Shown: positions 12,001-25,400 of the stretch, one piece after another
How the letters are laid out: the number at the start of each line of letters is the position of its first letter
Numbering within the stretch: position 1 is the stretch's first letter
Origin: Asterias rubens
Lineage: Eukaryota
Assembly: GCF_902459465.1 (NCBI RefSeq)
Contig: NC_047077.1
Coordinates: 3,906,001 to 3,970,000 of the forward strand
Reading direction: 5' to 3'
Length of the DNA stretch: 64,000 bases
Notes under the pieces: model-generated
Databases searched by the model: none
What the model was told of the DNA's origin: nothing
Seen by the model: only the letters and a program-made list of their open reading frames with translations
Translations under genes and position numbers: made by a program

Positions 12001-12685
12001 AATTATTTGCTGTCTGAATCGGTCCACCACTAGCTTTGCCCATTTTATTCAAATATGCTGCAACTTTAGCAATTTTTTGTTTGTTTTGCTTGCAACGAGC
12101 TCCAACGTGCTTTAAAGCTGCTTATACATACAGCAATATATTAAGTCAGCATCAGTCATTTTGACTACAACATCAAATCAAATCCGCAAAAAAAGTGGGG
12201 GGCAAAAGAAAAAAAATGACATATTTTATTTCAACTGTTGACACTTCTATTGCTAGGACAGGAGTGTCGGTGTGATTTAATGCCCAACTTGGTGTCTTGC
12301 CCATACTCATTTGACCAGAGCTTGTGGGTTTTACATAACAAGCACCGCACGGTGAATCATTAGTTGAGTCTGGCCAGCAAAGTTGGCTGTGTACATCACA
12401 CAGAATACAATGCAGTCTCCCTTGTATTAATGACAGGCATGATAGTCTTTCTACTTTACTCCACAAATTCAGGTATAAGGTTCTGATTAAATTGTAAATA
12501 TTGTGGTGGTTAATATGTCATATTGTTTGTTGTAGATCAAGGCGTTTTTGGCGGATCCATCTGCATTTGCATCTTTAGCACCAGCTGCATCTGCTACAGA
12601 GGCAACGGAGGAAAAGAAAGAGAAGGAAGCTGAACCTGAAGAGGAGGAATCTGATGATGATATGGGATTTGGGCTCTTTGATTAG
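6026..12685 (+). CDS. RPLP0: 60S acidic ribosomal protein P0 (uL10), complete spliced CDS, 313 aa: join(6026-6079,6658-6757,7851-7926,8431-8518,8637-8783,9636-9744,10986-11062,11434-11574,12536-12685)
   Basis: Manual translation runs [49 protein letters not shown]...[15 protein letters not shown]...KGNVGFVFT...[14 protein letters not shown]...[10 protein letters not shown]...[14 protein letters not shown]. All introns are GT-AG, phases are consistent, and the total is 942 nt. Confidence 0.98.
6658..6757 (+). CDS. RPLP0: RPLP0 coding exon 2
   Basis: ttttcag|QLFDEYPKC...SLRGTG|gtaatc. Confidence 0.96.
6881..7818. mobile_element. Non-autonomous CAGGG...CCCTG element in an RPLP0 intron (hAT-like)
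   Basis: 14-bp TIR cagggctcgaattt/aaattcaagccctg (1 mismatch), flanks cttac/ctaac, subterminal actggacc motifs. Confidence 0.7.
7851..7926 (+). CDS. RPLP0: RPLP0 coding exon 3
   Basis: ttccag|[25 protein letters not shown]|gtaagc. Confidence 0.96.
8431..8518 (+). CDS. RPLP0: RPLP0 coding exon 4
   Basis: ttttag|[30 protein letters not shown]|gtaaag. Confidence 0.96.
8637..8783 (+). CDS. RPLP0: RPLP0 coding exon 5
   Basis: aacag|VAAPAKAG...SRGTIEIL|gtaaga. Confidence 0.96.
9636..9744 (+). CDS. RPLP0: RPLP0 coding exon 6
   Basis: ttcag|[36 protein letters not shown]|gtaaga. Confidence 0.96.
10414..10790. mobile_element. MITE family A copy 2 (RPLP0 intron)
   Basis: Same TIRs, TTAA on both flanks, same central hairpin. 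Confidence 0.88.
10986..11062 (+). CDS. RPLP0: RPLP0 coding exon 7
   Basis: ggcag|[26 protein letters not shown]|gtaggt. Confidence 0.95.
11434..11574 (+). CDS. RPLP0: RPLP0 coding exon 8
   Basis: tgtag|[16 protein letters not shown]...EFKEAEQ|gtttgt. Confidence 0.96.
12536..12685 (+). CDS. RPLP0: RPLP0 coding exon 9 (terminal)
   Basis: tgtag|[11 protein letters not shown]...[14 protein letters not shown], the conserved P-protein C-terminal motif. Confidence 0.97.
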   Translation: MKAFLADPSAFASLAPAASATEATEEKKEKEAEPEEEESDDDMGFGLFD

Positions 12686-13068
12686 TCACTTACTCCATTC
12701 ATTGTTACATCAAGCATTGGTATCAATAGGATCATCATCAACTATCCAAACAACAATAATCTACGAGCAGAGTCTACTTTAACATAAAACCCCAAACCCA
12801 TTTGTATGTGTCGTACTGTCGTGCTTTGGTGTGACATCTTGCTTTTAGAAGGATACTTGGCTGAAGAACAACGTGAAAAGGATACAGCCAAGTTTGCTAA
12901 TTCAGATTTTAAAGAAATAGTGCATACAATTTTTGTTGATGTATCACACGCATGACATATGAAAATGGGATCATAATATTGAATGTATGTTTTTGCTAAC
13001 ATACTGAGTACACATTTTGGGCTGAACTATTGAACCATGTCTCTCTGATTGTAACCCATCCACTGTGT

Positions 13069-13074
13069 AATAAA
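13069..13074 (+). terminator. RPLP0 polyadenylation signal
   Basis: AATAAA ~385 nt after the stop, followed by T-rich downstream sequence. Confidence 0.55.
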
Positions 13075-13488
13075 ACATGCCTGAATGAAAGACAGCAACC
13101 AAAAGTTTCATACTTTGTTTCATTTCAAATGTTATTTGTTGACAGAATTTTTTTAATTTCACCTGACAGAATGAAGGATAATTATGTTCAGTAAAAATGA
13201 TCTATATTTGTTCATGAAAACAAACTCATGAGGTATGAGTGGTGCATTCTATGGCTGCACCTCCTTTAGCATTCCATATCTTTTCAAAATCTGAGGTAAA
13301 GCAATCCAAACTCTCTCGGCCAATGATAGGTCTATATTGACCTCATTCAAAGGTTCTATTGGAAACCTGATCCCGAGGGAATGTGAAAAAACACTTGAGT
13401 TTCTTGTATCTTGGATGCAAGAACTGTCCTTGTATATAGTGAATGCTATTATGGGTTGTGAAGCGTTATTACTGAAAGGGATTCTTAA

Positions 13489-13866
13489 AGGAACACAGTG
13501 CCTTGGATCGGTCGAGTTGGTCTTTGAAAAGCGTTCTGTAACCGTTTGTTATAAGATCGGTATGGTTAGAAAGATGTAAAAGTAGAATACAATGATCTAC
13601 ACAAATATGCCTCGACATTGCGTGAATTTCGTGTTGCCTCTCGTCGACAAACACGGTGGTCATTTATGGGAGTCAAATCTCATAAATGGCCGACCGTGTT
13701 AGTTCGCGACGTAAAATGAAAACCGTGCAATTTTGAGTGATACATGTACTTGTGTGGATCATTATATTCTACTTTTAAATCATCTTTCTAACCATATGCA
13801 TTTCATAACAAACGGTTTCAAACGCTGTTCATAGACCAACTGACCGATCCAAGGCAACGTGTTCCT
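13489..13866. mobile_element. MITE family A copy 3
   Basis: Same TIRs and TTAA. A second ttaa|aggaacattac element fragment follows immediately (13871-~14068). Confidence 0.85.
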
Positions 13867-14539
13867 TTAAAGGAACATTACAGAATTGGTGGTTGCTAAC
13901 AAAACAGTTGCTGGCAGTGTAAGCGCTTTATGTTATCCAAACCTGTAGAAGTTCAAGATCGATCAACCATCTGGGTCACAAGAGAATAATGAAAAAACAA
14001 TTACAAATTTTGCATTGTATAGATGCCAAAATAAAAATGTAGCTGTCTCGGTGTCCAGTGCCTCTAAAGTTGCACAGCTATTAAATTATTTGGTTAAAGC
14101 TAAAACTAAAACAAAACTCCAATCAATTATCAAACAAGGGGATTAAGGTAATGATACATGTATGTGTACCTTCAAACATAAGAAGGAGCCCAGCACAGGT
14201 TTGGAAAGAGCCTCAAGACTCATTTGAAAACAGTTATTCAAAACAATCAAGAGTGCTTTGAAACTTCCATAGAAATCCCCAATTCTACTGCACCGTTAAT
14301 ACTTCCAGTTGGAATCGCAAGAGAGTGCATTCCAATGACCAAATCTCTGGATTTAGTCTGGTTGAACACAGATTGGTACAATTCTCGAGTTTCCGGTAGT
14401 CTCTCGTCCAGATTTGTGGGCTGAATTTGCCTCAAGCGAGAGCATTAATGGTTTTGGCCAATTGGTCGTTTGGTGAAGAGCTTTGGTTTTCGCCGCCCTC
14501 AATTTTAGCCACCATGTCGATCATCAAGGTATCGGTTGC

Positions 14540-15150
14540 CAATCAAGATCAAACAGGAGAAAGACGGGGGACATACCCCCCCCCCCGAACTTTTGAAGGA
14601 TGGGGGACACAATATCAAATGTCCCCCCCCCCCCCGATGTTTTTGACCACCTTATATCATTGAAGCTCGAGTATTGCACTAAGACCAAACCCTGTGTCCC
14701 ACCATCGGCATCAATCCTGGGGGCCAACGGGTGACGCCAGTTTTTGAAGGGTGGGGACACTATCAAATGTCCCCCTCATCAAAATTGGATTAAGTTGTCA
14801 CCACAGAGCATCTTGAGTGCAAACTTTTCCAGGGCCTTTAAGCGGGATGGACCCCACACCGTAAAGGCTTCTCTTTCGAATGTTCCATTGACAGATTTGC
14901 ACCTATCCCCTTAAAAGAGTGGGAGGAACGTGTCCCCCCATCCCCCCTTTTTTGAAAGGTGGGGGACACAATATCAAATGTCCCCCATGTCTTTGACCAC
15001 CTTTATCATGAAACTCAAGTATTACTGTGTACTGCTACTGGTGTAAGACAAAAGCCTGCGTCCCGTAATCAGCATCAATCTCAAATGTCCCCCATAGTTA
15101 GGGGGCGGGGGACACAATATCAAATGTCCCTACATGTTTTACCACCTTTT
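14540..15150. repeat. Dispersed repeat fragments with GGGGGACACAATATCAAATGTCCCCC motifs
   Basis: The motif occurs 4 times (about 14605, 14755, 14962, 15108). Probably subterminal parts of non-autonomous DNA transposons. Confidence 0.55.
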
Positions 15151-15637
15151 TTTATGAGGCTCAAGGTGTGCACTGTGAAGACCTATCACTGTTTCCCATC
15201 ATAGGCATCAACCAGGTATTGTTGTTAACTTATATACGGGAACGTGCGTGTCATCTCCATACAATTTAGTTCTCTTGTAGGTTTACTCACTGTATGTAGA
15301 GGCGCTTATCTCCGTCTTCCATTGCCACGCTACGTCCTCTATGGCTAGGTCAAGCAATATTGATCATGTTTTACCCAGGTATACTCCGCACCCAAGGCTG
15401 TTGTTAACTCTGTGACCTTTGACACCATACTCAATGAGACGTTTCTGAGATTATTTTCTTTTTCCGTAAATCTTGCGTACATACATTGCAAGCAATCAAC
15501 TACACATTCCGTTTCATATGAAAATTTCAAGTATTTCCAAAATCCAAAAGTGCCCAAATTCTAGTGCTCAAATTTTGAAGGCTTATTGTTCTGTTTCGTT
15601 AGCAGTTAGGCCTAGGCCTCTAAAACAGCCTAAGATT

Positions 15638-15811
15638 GCACCACAGACTGAGCATCTATAGAAAGCAACTGAGCACCACAGACTGATCATCTATAGAAAG
15701 CAACTGAGCACCACAGACTGAGCATCTATAGAAAGCAACTGAGCACCACAGACTGAGCATCTATAGAAAGCAACTGAGCACCACAGACTGAGCATCTATA
15801 GAAAGCAACTG
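15638..15811. repeat. 35-bp minisatellite x5
   Basis: gcaccacagactgagcatctatagaaagcaactga. Confidence 0.95.
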
Positions 15812-16299
15812 GACCCACGTCGCAAAGGCTTTACACTCGCATGCCGACTCTTTGACAGATGTGCCCCCTAAAACTTGTGTCATAGATCCGCAACTGAAGA
15901 TGCTGTTATCTCAAAAGGTTCTACTGCTGCTCACATTTTAAAGGCTTTGGTCTGTTCCATTATTCATGCCTCTTATATTGGCCTAAGGTTGCACCACAAA
16001 CATGACAGAGCATCTGAAGTACAACATTTTTACGGGCCCTTCAGCGGGCCACACAGTAAAAGGCCTTTTCAATGTTTTGTGCATTTTGTAGCACGAAAAG
16101 TAACAAAGTATACATAGTAATCGCAATGTGGTCAGCTTTTTATAGCACCTTCGAGTGGAATAACACTGAGGTCATGGCGTATGCTGCCCTGGTCTTGGCC
16201 GAGGTGCCCCTTCGAAAGTTCCCCCAAAAGTTTCTAATGGAAGTGCCCTTTGCAAAATGAAAATGGTGTTGCCCCTACAACGCTGAAATTCCAGGCCTG

Positions 16300-16510
16300 T
16301 ATAGACGATGTGACCTATGTTTACACTCAAAACGCCCTCTGTTGACAAAACACTGTACACGTCATGTTTCGCCAGGCAAAAAGACGCGTAGTCATGGTAA
16401 GATTGCATACACTTTCTAACTGGCTGCCAAAACACAAAGGTTTTGCCTGGCGGTATGCGCACGAATCATGTTATGGTTTACGAGTGACGTCAGAGGTCAC
16501 ATCGTCTATA
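16300..16510. mobile_element. MITE with 17-bp perfect TIR
   Basis: tatagacgatgtgacct ... aggtcacatcgtctata, plus an inner IR cgccaggcaaaa/ttttgcctggcg. Confidence 0.75.
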
Positions 16511-18032
16511 ATTCCCGACTGCAGTATTGTGATACCAAGAATTTGAATGACTCTGCCTTTATTTACTAAGCAATAAAACAGAGGTTAGAAATCAAGGTTC
16601 ATAATGAAGTCTGTTCTGTAGCTCATTCACAACAAAACCATTGATGTCAAGTATATCACGGAATCCATAGTTTGCAGGACTCAAATAAAGCCAAAATGGT
16701 TAACATTATTCCCCATTGATAAAGGGTTTGTATTTTATTTTTCTTAATGCCATTTTATTGATCTTAGAGAGAACACACAGAGTATTTGTGACTTCCAGTT
16801 CTGAAAATGAAATACAAACCGGTGGGAGCATCCTTCCAGAGATTATGTTCAAGATATAGTCTGACTGGAAAAACACATGCAAAATTGATTGCACCAACTT
16901 TATAGAAAAAGAAAAGATAATTAATTAGTGCTGAGCTAATTTGAAGTCTTTTATGAGATGACATTTTTTGGTTTATTGAACCAAATTAGCTTGGCTAAAA
17001 CCATTACTGCTTAAAAAATCCTCAAACATTAACTGCAACAACACATTATGTTGTTTTTACATAAACAGATCCAACATTTTTCATCAGTAAGTTCCTTGCT
17101 CAAAATTGTCGTTAAGTTTATAATTTCACATCAAACCAATAAATAAAATTTGATATGTGGCAAACTCAAAAGCCAAACTTAGCCAGTAAGATCATTCTGT
17201 TACATGTACATAAACTCACTGGAAATACTTGCTGCTGCAAACTGCCAACATGTCAACAAATATACATTGACAAAATCATTGTCTAAAAAATGATTCCACC
17301 ATTTTATAGTGCTTGAAAAAACGAATGGAGTAAAATAAAAGGGGATGAATAGTTCATGTATGAGAAATAGAACTACAGTAATTACAAAAGTTACTTCAAC
17401 TATTTAGAATAAACACTGTTATTAGAGATTGATGGCTACTTTTCATTCCATCATTTAGCTGAGCTTCATAAGAATAACAACATGTTCCTTTAGGTACTCT
17501 ACACTATCTATAATGACAATGTTATATGACTTCTTGTGTAATGTTTTGAAGCTTTACAATAGTGAGTGACTTGTGATCCAGCCTAGTAGTATACCTTCAC
17601 ATTGTGCAATGATACAGTCATATTGCCTTCTCCAAATTAAATAACTACTGGTTTATAAGGAGCTCTGTTTTATTATGGACAACTCTAAGCACTTTATATA
17701 CTCAGTCTGCTTCCTGGACTTACACATGGCATTAACAACATAATCTCAGGTCTCACATAACAATTCAGTAATAATTCAAAACTGTTAACTGCATGAAACT
17801 CTTTTTTTTTTTTTGCAAATTGAATTAACCCATCTATGTGCATTATTTCTGGTGAACTTTACCAGATAGATAATGGAGATTTTTTAACAAATTAAAATGA
17901 TTCAAAATCAACTAAGCTTGTCTTGAAAGCCAATAATGTCAATTCCAATTTAAACAACACACATATAGATCCTGTCATTTGGTTATACATGTCATATCTT
18001 TATTTTGCAATACTGCTGCAATATGTGTGACA

Positions 18033-18775
18033 CTGAACAATTTCACACTGTAGTCCTATAATTACATGTCTATAGGATGCTTGGTGATACTGAACAATTT
18101 CACACTGTAGTCCTATAATTACATGTCTATAGGATGCTTGGTGATACTGAACAATTTCACACTGTAGTCCTATAATTACATGTCTATAGGATGCTTGGTG
18201 ATACTGAACAATTTCACACTGTAGTCCTATAATTACATGTCTATAGGATGCTTGGTGATACTGAACAATTTCACACTGTAGTCCTATAATTACATGTCTA
18301 TAGGATGCTTGGTGATACTGAACAATTTCACACTGTAGTCCTATAATTACATGTCTATAGGATGCTTGGTGATACTGAACAATTTCACACTGTAGTCCTA
18401 TAATTACATGTCTATAGGATGCTTGGTGATACTGAACAATTTCACACTGTAGTCCTATAATTACATGTCTATAGGATGCTTGGTGATACTGAACAATTTC
18501 ACACTGTAGTCCTATAATTACATGTCTATAGGATGCTTGGTGATACTGAACAATTTCACACTGTAGTCCTATAATTACATGTCTATAGGATGCTTGGTGA
18601 TACTGAACAATTTCACACTGTAGTCCTATAATTACATGTCTATAGGATGCTTGGTGATACTGAACAATTTCACACTGTAGTCCTATAATTACATGTCTAT
18701 AGGATGCTTGGTGATACTGAACAATTTCACACTGTAGTCCTATAATTACATGTCTATAGGATGCTTGGTGATACT
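18033..18775. repeat. 57-bp minisatellite x13 (perfect copies)
   Basis: ctgaacaatttcacactgtagtcctataattacatgtctataggatgcttggtgata. Confidence 0.97.
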
Positions 18776-18947
18776 TCTAGTTTCCACAACAATCACTCCG
18801 CACCTCCTCATCCAAACAAAGCGAGGTTGTCTCACAGGGTGCCAGACAAGGTTAGTGCTGGAGTGCTCCACATCATTTACTTAGTAAAGAGGTTTTTTTC
18901 AAAATTATCAGAGTGTGTCGTGGACGACTTTCTGTCTCTAATTTGTG

Positions 18948-18953
18948 TTTATT
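18948..18953 (-). terminator. Candidate proximal CAND1 poly(A) signal
   Basis: First AATAAA on the - strand after the stop (~370 nt). More distal AATAAA sites occur near 16730-16980, so the site in use is unknown. Confidence 0.35.
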
Positions 18954-19324
18954 GTGGAAAAAAATTCAAATGACAATGATCTACATATGTGTGGGATATA
19001 TGAAGCAAATATTGAATGCATTTTGTCCATGCATTTTCACAGAATATAATGAAATCTGGCTTTTCCGTTCCAAATGGCTTCACCACGAGGAAAGGAATAG
19101 TCAGGTTTCACAATGTGATTGCATTTTGATTTAATGCAACCCACATTTGGTTAACAAGTGACATGTTTTATGTAAAGTGTCCATGGGACACAAAAACACG
19201 ATGCATGGCTATAGTGTAACTGTTACAATTGATGTTGAATTCTTAGGATCTTTTGCAAAAAGTAAATGACATTATTTGAAGCCCTGGGTGTCCATTTAAA
19301 GTTAATGTTAATAGTGGTGTTAGT

Positions 19325-19452
19325 TTAAGTAGTGTCCATCAAGGAATCACTGCTACTCATTGTTGTGTCTTTCTGAATGCTGTCAAACATTGTACACATC
19401 TCAGGATTACAGCGGATCTGGGATATGAACTCATTCAACAAAGGATTCTTAT
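19325..19452 (-). CDS. CAND1: CAND1 terminal coding exon
   Basis: [42 protein letters not shown]. Confidence 0.95.
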
Positions 19453-22400
19453 CTGTAGATGAGATAAACAGAAAAACATTGCAGCAATTAAAATCAAACC
19501 ATTCAACAAAAAGACAATTTCAATAAGTTTGTTTTGTTGAGAATACATCTAGGTATTTTTGGAAATGACACTATGATTGTAATTATTCACAAAGTTATAA
19601 AAGACTAGTAAACTCACCACTATCCGGGATATTAAGGAGCGATGCTACAGCCCTCATAGCCGAGCGTTTCAACTCATCTTGCTTTTCAAACTCCTGCTTG
19701 ACTGAGTTAGCCTTTACTTTGGTTGTACATGTGTTCCTCAAAGGTTCAATGAGTCTGTCAAGTCCTATATATCATCAAGAATGAAGATCAGTCAGAGGAT
19801 GAATAATAACATTAGTGGCTTCTTATACATGTATAGTGCGCATATCCGTTACTCAGTGACGCTCAAGGCGCTTCAACATTGAGTATTTTCCTGCAAGGTA
19901 TGTGGGACTACCTTGGAATTATGAGACCTACTCCTTTGACATAGCAACATCTAATGGTTTACAAGGTGCTGTGGTGCAATCATACCGCCAATCAAACCAG
20001 GAACACTGGGTTCTTTTACAAGCGTTACACAACACACGGGAGCAACCGCTTAACGTCCCATCCGAATGTCCCATGGTTATTGAGTGTCTTGCTCAAGGAC
20101 ACAGGTTTCACATCTGGGATTGGAACCCACACTCTGCTGATGAGAAACACAAGAGTTTGAATCCGGTGCTCTTAACCACTCAGTAAAGACACGCCATGAC
20201 ACACACATCATCAAGAATATCACTGTCATTTGATTAGAGGATTGTATGCCCAGGACATTAATTAGTCAAATAACCCTAAACCCTGCATTTTTATTCCGTT
20301 ATCTATTGCATGCTCTAGCATTTCATGCATTACAACAAAGCAGTACAAAGTGCCTTCTTTATTCTCTTGGTTTTGTTCAGTCATGGTTCCTTTGTACCAG
20401 CAGTACTCTCACGGAAAAACAATGACGAACATTCACAGAAAATAATACAGTTAGGGTGGAGGCGAGAAAATGGTAGATCCCTCGATCCCTGGTGTTTAAC
20501 TGTTTTAAAATGAGTTGGCAATCTTTCCATTACTAACTTTTAAAACAAAATACACAGGCCAAATAAAAATTGATATATCTTCTTGTTTTTTGTCCCTTCT
20601 ATTTCGGAAGCAATTTATCAAGAAGATTATGAATGACAGAAAGAGTGCATTGGTTTTTTGTGTGAAACTGTTTCTAACCCTCCATATTGTAGTGCATTAC
20701 TTTGATATTGAAAGTTTGTCCTTTTATCTGATGAAAATGCCCATACAACGGTCTCAAAATGGCCATACAACGGTCTGAAAATGCCCATATAACGGTCTCA
20801 AAATGCCCATACAACGGTCTCAAAATGGCCATACAACGGTCTCAAAATGCCCATATAACGGTCTCAAAATGCCCATATTGTACAACGGTCTCAAAATGCC
20901 CATACAACGGTCTCAAAATGCCCATACAACGGTCTGAAAATTGCATGAAATGTGTATTGTTTAATGATGTGACATGGATTAATGACCATCAATAAGGTGA
21001 TCCTATCCTTTGTTTGCATCCCATCTAACAACCCAAAGCCCGGTTCCTGCGAATGACGTCGCAACTTTGCAACAAATAATTTGCAACAGTTGAACTGTTT
21101 TCAACTCCTGTGAAACATTTGTGACCCTCAAAATTTGCTTTGCAGTTGGCAGGAAGTATGACCTGGGCTTTACCCTGCTATGGTCTAACACCATAAGATA
21201 ACCAAGCACTCACTGACTCAGTGATTGGTATCACCCCCCCCCCCCACCCCCCACCCCCAATTGATTGTCTACTAAACCATACAAGATTCTCCAGCTGCTC
21301 TCAGGCCCTCATGTAAGCAACCTCTCGCTGATTATGGGACTACAAAATATATGTTGAATAATCTGTGATTGTGAATTGTTAAGAATGGTTGACTGTGCCT
21401 CAGTGTTAACTTACGTTGTAGTACTGCCGGTGGGCATAATGTAGCTAGTCTGACTAGCATCAAGTAGGTCAGCATCTGAAAGTCAACATCAGTTGAGATT
21501 GATTAACAATTTATTAAGCACAACAAAAACAAACTATCTGACATCCCTTTTGTTTTTACTCTAAGCCCCTGAAACAGCTGCCCTTACCAGAATGTAATTG
21601 ATGTTATTATTTATAGTTCCCTCTAAACACAGCCTCCTTCTGACCTTAACCCTGTTAACCCAATTATCCTAAATGGTCAAGCTTCTGCCCCACATCCTTG
21701 TCCATGATACCAGGTCCTCCTGTGGTCTGCACACCCAATACCCCAATGGACCATGCACTTGACCATCACCATGACCTGTTCATTAATTAAGCTTTTGGGA
21801 TCCCCTCACCCCCTATATAATGTCCTTAGTTTCGTGATCAGAGTATCCTATCCTCTCTGGTTAGCCAAGTCTCTCTACTCCTGCATCTCTTAACTGCTCT
21901 TGTACTCTTTGTTAAGCCTATACATGTTTCAAATCACCCATACTGTATACTACAGCCTTAAGAATAGAGTCTTGATTCATCAGCTAGCCCCTGTAACAGG
22001 GCAATTCCATGGTCAGTCGCATTACACTTTTCTGTGTCATTTCTTGATCTTGGTGCTTGTAGTTCTATGTGAGATATTATTTCCACTAAGTTTATAGACT
22101 ATTTTGTACTTGACACCCAAGGCTTTGAAGTGATGATATTAGAAATGTTGTGGGCTTTGTACTCTGGATGTTATAGCTTTGTAAAAAGCAGTCAGTCACA
22201 TTACACAAAAAAGACATATTAAAAATACACTTATCACAATTCAAAAGTTTCCTCAAACTAAAAAACTTGCGAAAGTTTTACTACATGCAACTCTTATACA
22301 TGAGTCTTCAACAGGATACTAACAATAATGGTCAGCAGCTTAAACTTTTGGTATACATGGCAAAACCATGGCCAGTCGCATTACAGTCAGTCGCATTACA

Positions 22401-25400
22401 GTTTTTCCAGTCAGATTAGCCAAGCCTACATAGAGCCCAAGCTGAGATTTATATGTATTTGGAAAAATTTGGTTCATTCTTTGTCAACAACTTATATAAG
22501 TTGATTTTATATGTTAAACTTCCAAGTAGAAAGAAAGTTGTGACACAAATAAGATTTGTTGGTGTCATGTCCATGTTTGCTTGGAATTGCCCAAGACCAT
22601 AATAACATGTTACATTACTAATGTAGTCTTATGAGCCTCCAGTGGCTTCATGTGGATTTGTTAACTCACCTTGACATCATAATGATCCTTTAATCCATCT
22701 TCTAGATGATTGAGAAACTCAAAGATGTCTAATCTATCCAAGCAAGAGTCTAGTAACGTGTACATGCACTCAAAGGCAGCCTGTAATAAGACAACAGTTT
22801 CAACTACATCAAAATCATTCAATAACATTGCTTTACTAAGAATGGCCAAAAATGTCATTGGCAGAGTGGTCATTGGAGGACACGTTTTGTTATAGATTTT
22901 TCTTCATATTTACATGAGTATACATTGTATTTTTTAGTTGTCTTGCTTGCTTTCTTGTCTTTGTCTATTGCAGACAGGAATTGCAGACATGCAGTTGGTG
23001 TGAAGGACTGCTAGTAAATATAAACCATGTCCTTTAAGAGCTTTCAGCTTGTTCTGATCCACATCTACCAATCATGAACATAGAACCTACTTGTTCTGAT
23101 CCACATCTACCAATCATGAACATAGAACCTACTTGTTCTGATCCACATCTACCAATCATGAACATAGAACCTACTTGTTCTGATCCACATCTACCAATCA
23201 TGAACATAGAACCTACTTCTTCTGATCCACATCTACCAATCATGAACATAGAACCTACTTGTTCTGATCCACATCTACCAATCATGAACATAGAACCTAC
23301 TTGTTCTGATCCACATCTACCAATCATGAACATAGAACCTACTTGTTCTGATCCACATCTACCAATCATGAACATAGAACCTACTTGTTCTGATCCACAT
23401 CTACCAATCATGAACATAGAACCTACTTGTTCTGATCCACATCTACCAATCATGAACATAGAACCTACTTCTTCTGATCCACATCTACCAATCATGAACA
23501 TAGAACCTACTTGTTCTGATCCACATCACCAATCATGAACATAGAACCTACTTGTTCTGATCCACATCTACCAATCATGAACATAGAACCTATTTGTTCT
23601 GATCCACATCACCAATCATGAACATAGAACCTACTTGTTCTGATCCACATCTACCAATCATGAACATAGAACCTACTTGTTCTGATCCACATCTACCAAT
23701 CATGAACATAGAACCTACTCGTTCTGATCCACATCTACCAATCATGAACATAGAACCTACTTCTTCTGATCCACATCTACCAATCATGAACATAGAACCT
23801 ACTTGTTCTGATCCACATCTACCAATCATGAACATAGAACCTACATGTTCTGATCCACATCTACCAATCATGAACATAGAACCTACTTGTTCTGATCCAC
23901 ATCTACCAATCATGAACATAGAACCTACTTGTTCTGATCCACATCTACCAATCATGAACATAGAACCTACTTGTTCTGATCCACATCTACCAATCATGAA
24001 CATAGAACCTACTTGTTCTGATCCACATCTACCAATCATGAACATAGAACCTACTTCTTCTGATCCACATCTACCAATCATGAACATAGAACCTACTTGT
24101 TCTGATCCACATCTACCAATCATGAACATAGAACCTACTTGTTCTGATCCACATCTACCAATCATGAACATAGAACCTATTTGTTCTGATCCACATCACC
24201 AATCATGAACATAGAACCTACTTGTTCTGATCCACATCTACCAATCATGAACATAGAACCTACTTGTTCTGATCCACATCTACCAATCATGAACATAGAA
24301 CCTACTCGTTCTGATCCACATCTACCAATCATGAACATAGAACCTACTTCTTCTGATCCACATCTACCAATCATGAACATAGAACCTACTTGTTCTGATC
24401 CACATCTACCAATCATGAACATAGAACCTAAACAATTGTACAACTGTGTTGACACCAGACAACAAAAGAGTAACCGTTGTTATAAGTAGGTGAAGGATAT
24501 CAGCATCTGCAAACATACATTCTTTCAGGATTTCTCACTTGGTGTATACCAATATATGCATTAAATAACAAACCTGTGAAAATTTGAACACAACTGGTTG
24601 TCAAAGTTGCAAGAGAACAATGGAAGAAAAAAAACCACCATCATTGCACAAATTTGTGCGCTTTCAGATGCAAAAAGGCTTTTATTACTTGAGTGAGAAA
24701 TTACGTCTTTCAGAGGGAGCTGTTACTCGCAATGTTTATACTATCATCAGCTCTCCATTGCTTGTTACCAAGTAAGTTTTCATTCTAACAATTGTCTTGA
24801 GCAATTACCAATAGTGTACAGTGCCTTCAACCCTTTGCCTACACTATTTTCCCCCCCGCTGCATAATCAATCAAATAACACACAGTTGTACTAGTAAAAG
24901 CCTTGTTAAATATTCTGCAAAATAAGACAAATGTAAAGTAAAATACTGGCAACTAGGTAGTTTAAACAGAACGCAGAATTTATAAAATACACACTTCCAT
25001 GGCAGGCCAAAAAGCATCCCCAACACCCTGGACTGATCTACCCTGTTCCCTTCCTTGCATAGGAACGACGTCATCTTCCCCATTGTCAATAGATATGTGT
25101 CTGTTATCTGGCCGAATGACACTAAACACAACACAACTAAAGTATTATCATCACTATCATCTCCCAAAACATCCTTAGACTCTTTATTTTCCAGTTAGAA
25201 TCTGCAAAAATCTTCAGGAATGCTGCTACGATGTCAATTGTTACTGCCTTTTGTTTTAAAGTGATAAAAGTCACGGAAAATTCAGAAACGACGGTTTTTT
25301 TTCATGAGAAATTGTTGCATTTTCGTTTGTACCATGGTATCTATGTATTGAAGTGTACAAAAGTACCCCAATGGATGTCAGGGGTGAAAAGAAAGCTGTA

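Noticed and set aside
13100-16700. A third gene between RPLP0 and CAND1
   Set aside because: Only MITE fragments, a minisatellite and short ORFs; I found no coherent exon chain on either strand
23034-24489. Repeat-protein ORFs ([14 protein letters not shown] / [14 protein letters not shown])
   Set aside because: These are translations of a 42-bp intronic minisatellite, open on both strands only because the unit is 3n
25042-25107. 66-nt in-frame cassette exon in CAND1
   Set aside because: Weak splice sites (ggccag / gtagat), no similarity to CAND1, and it would interrupt the invariant DIRK|AAFE segment
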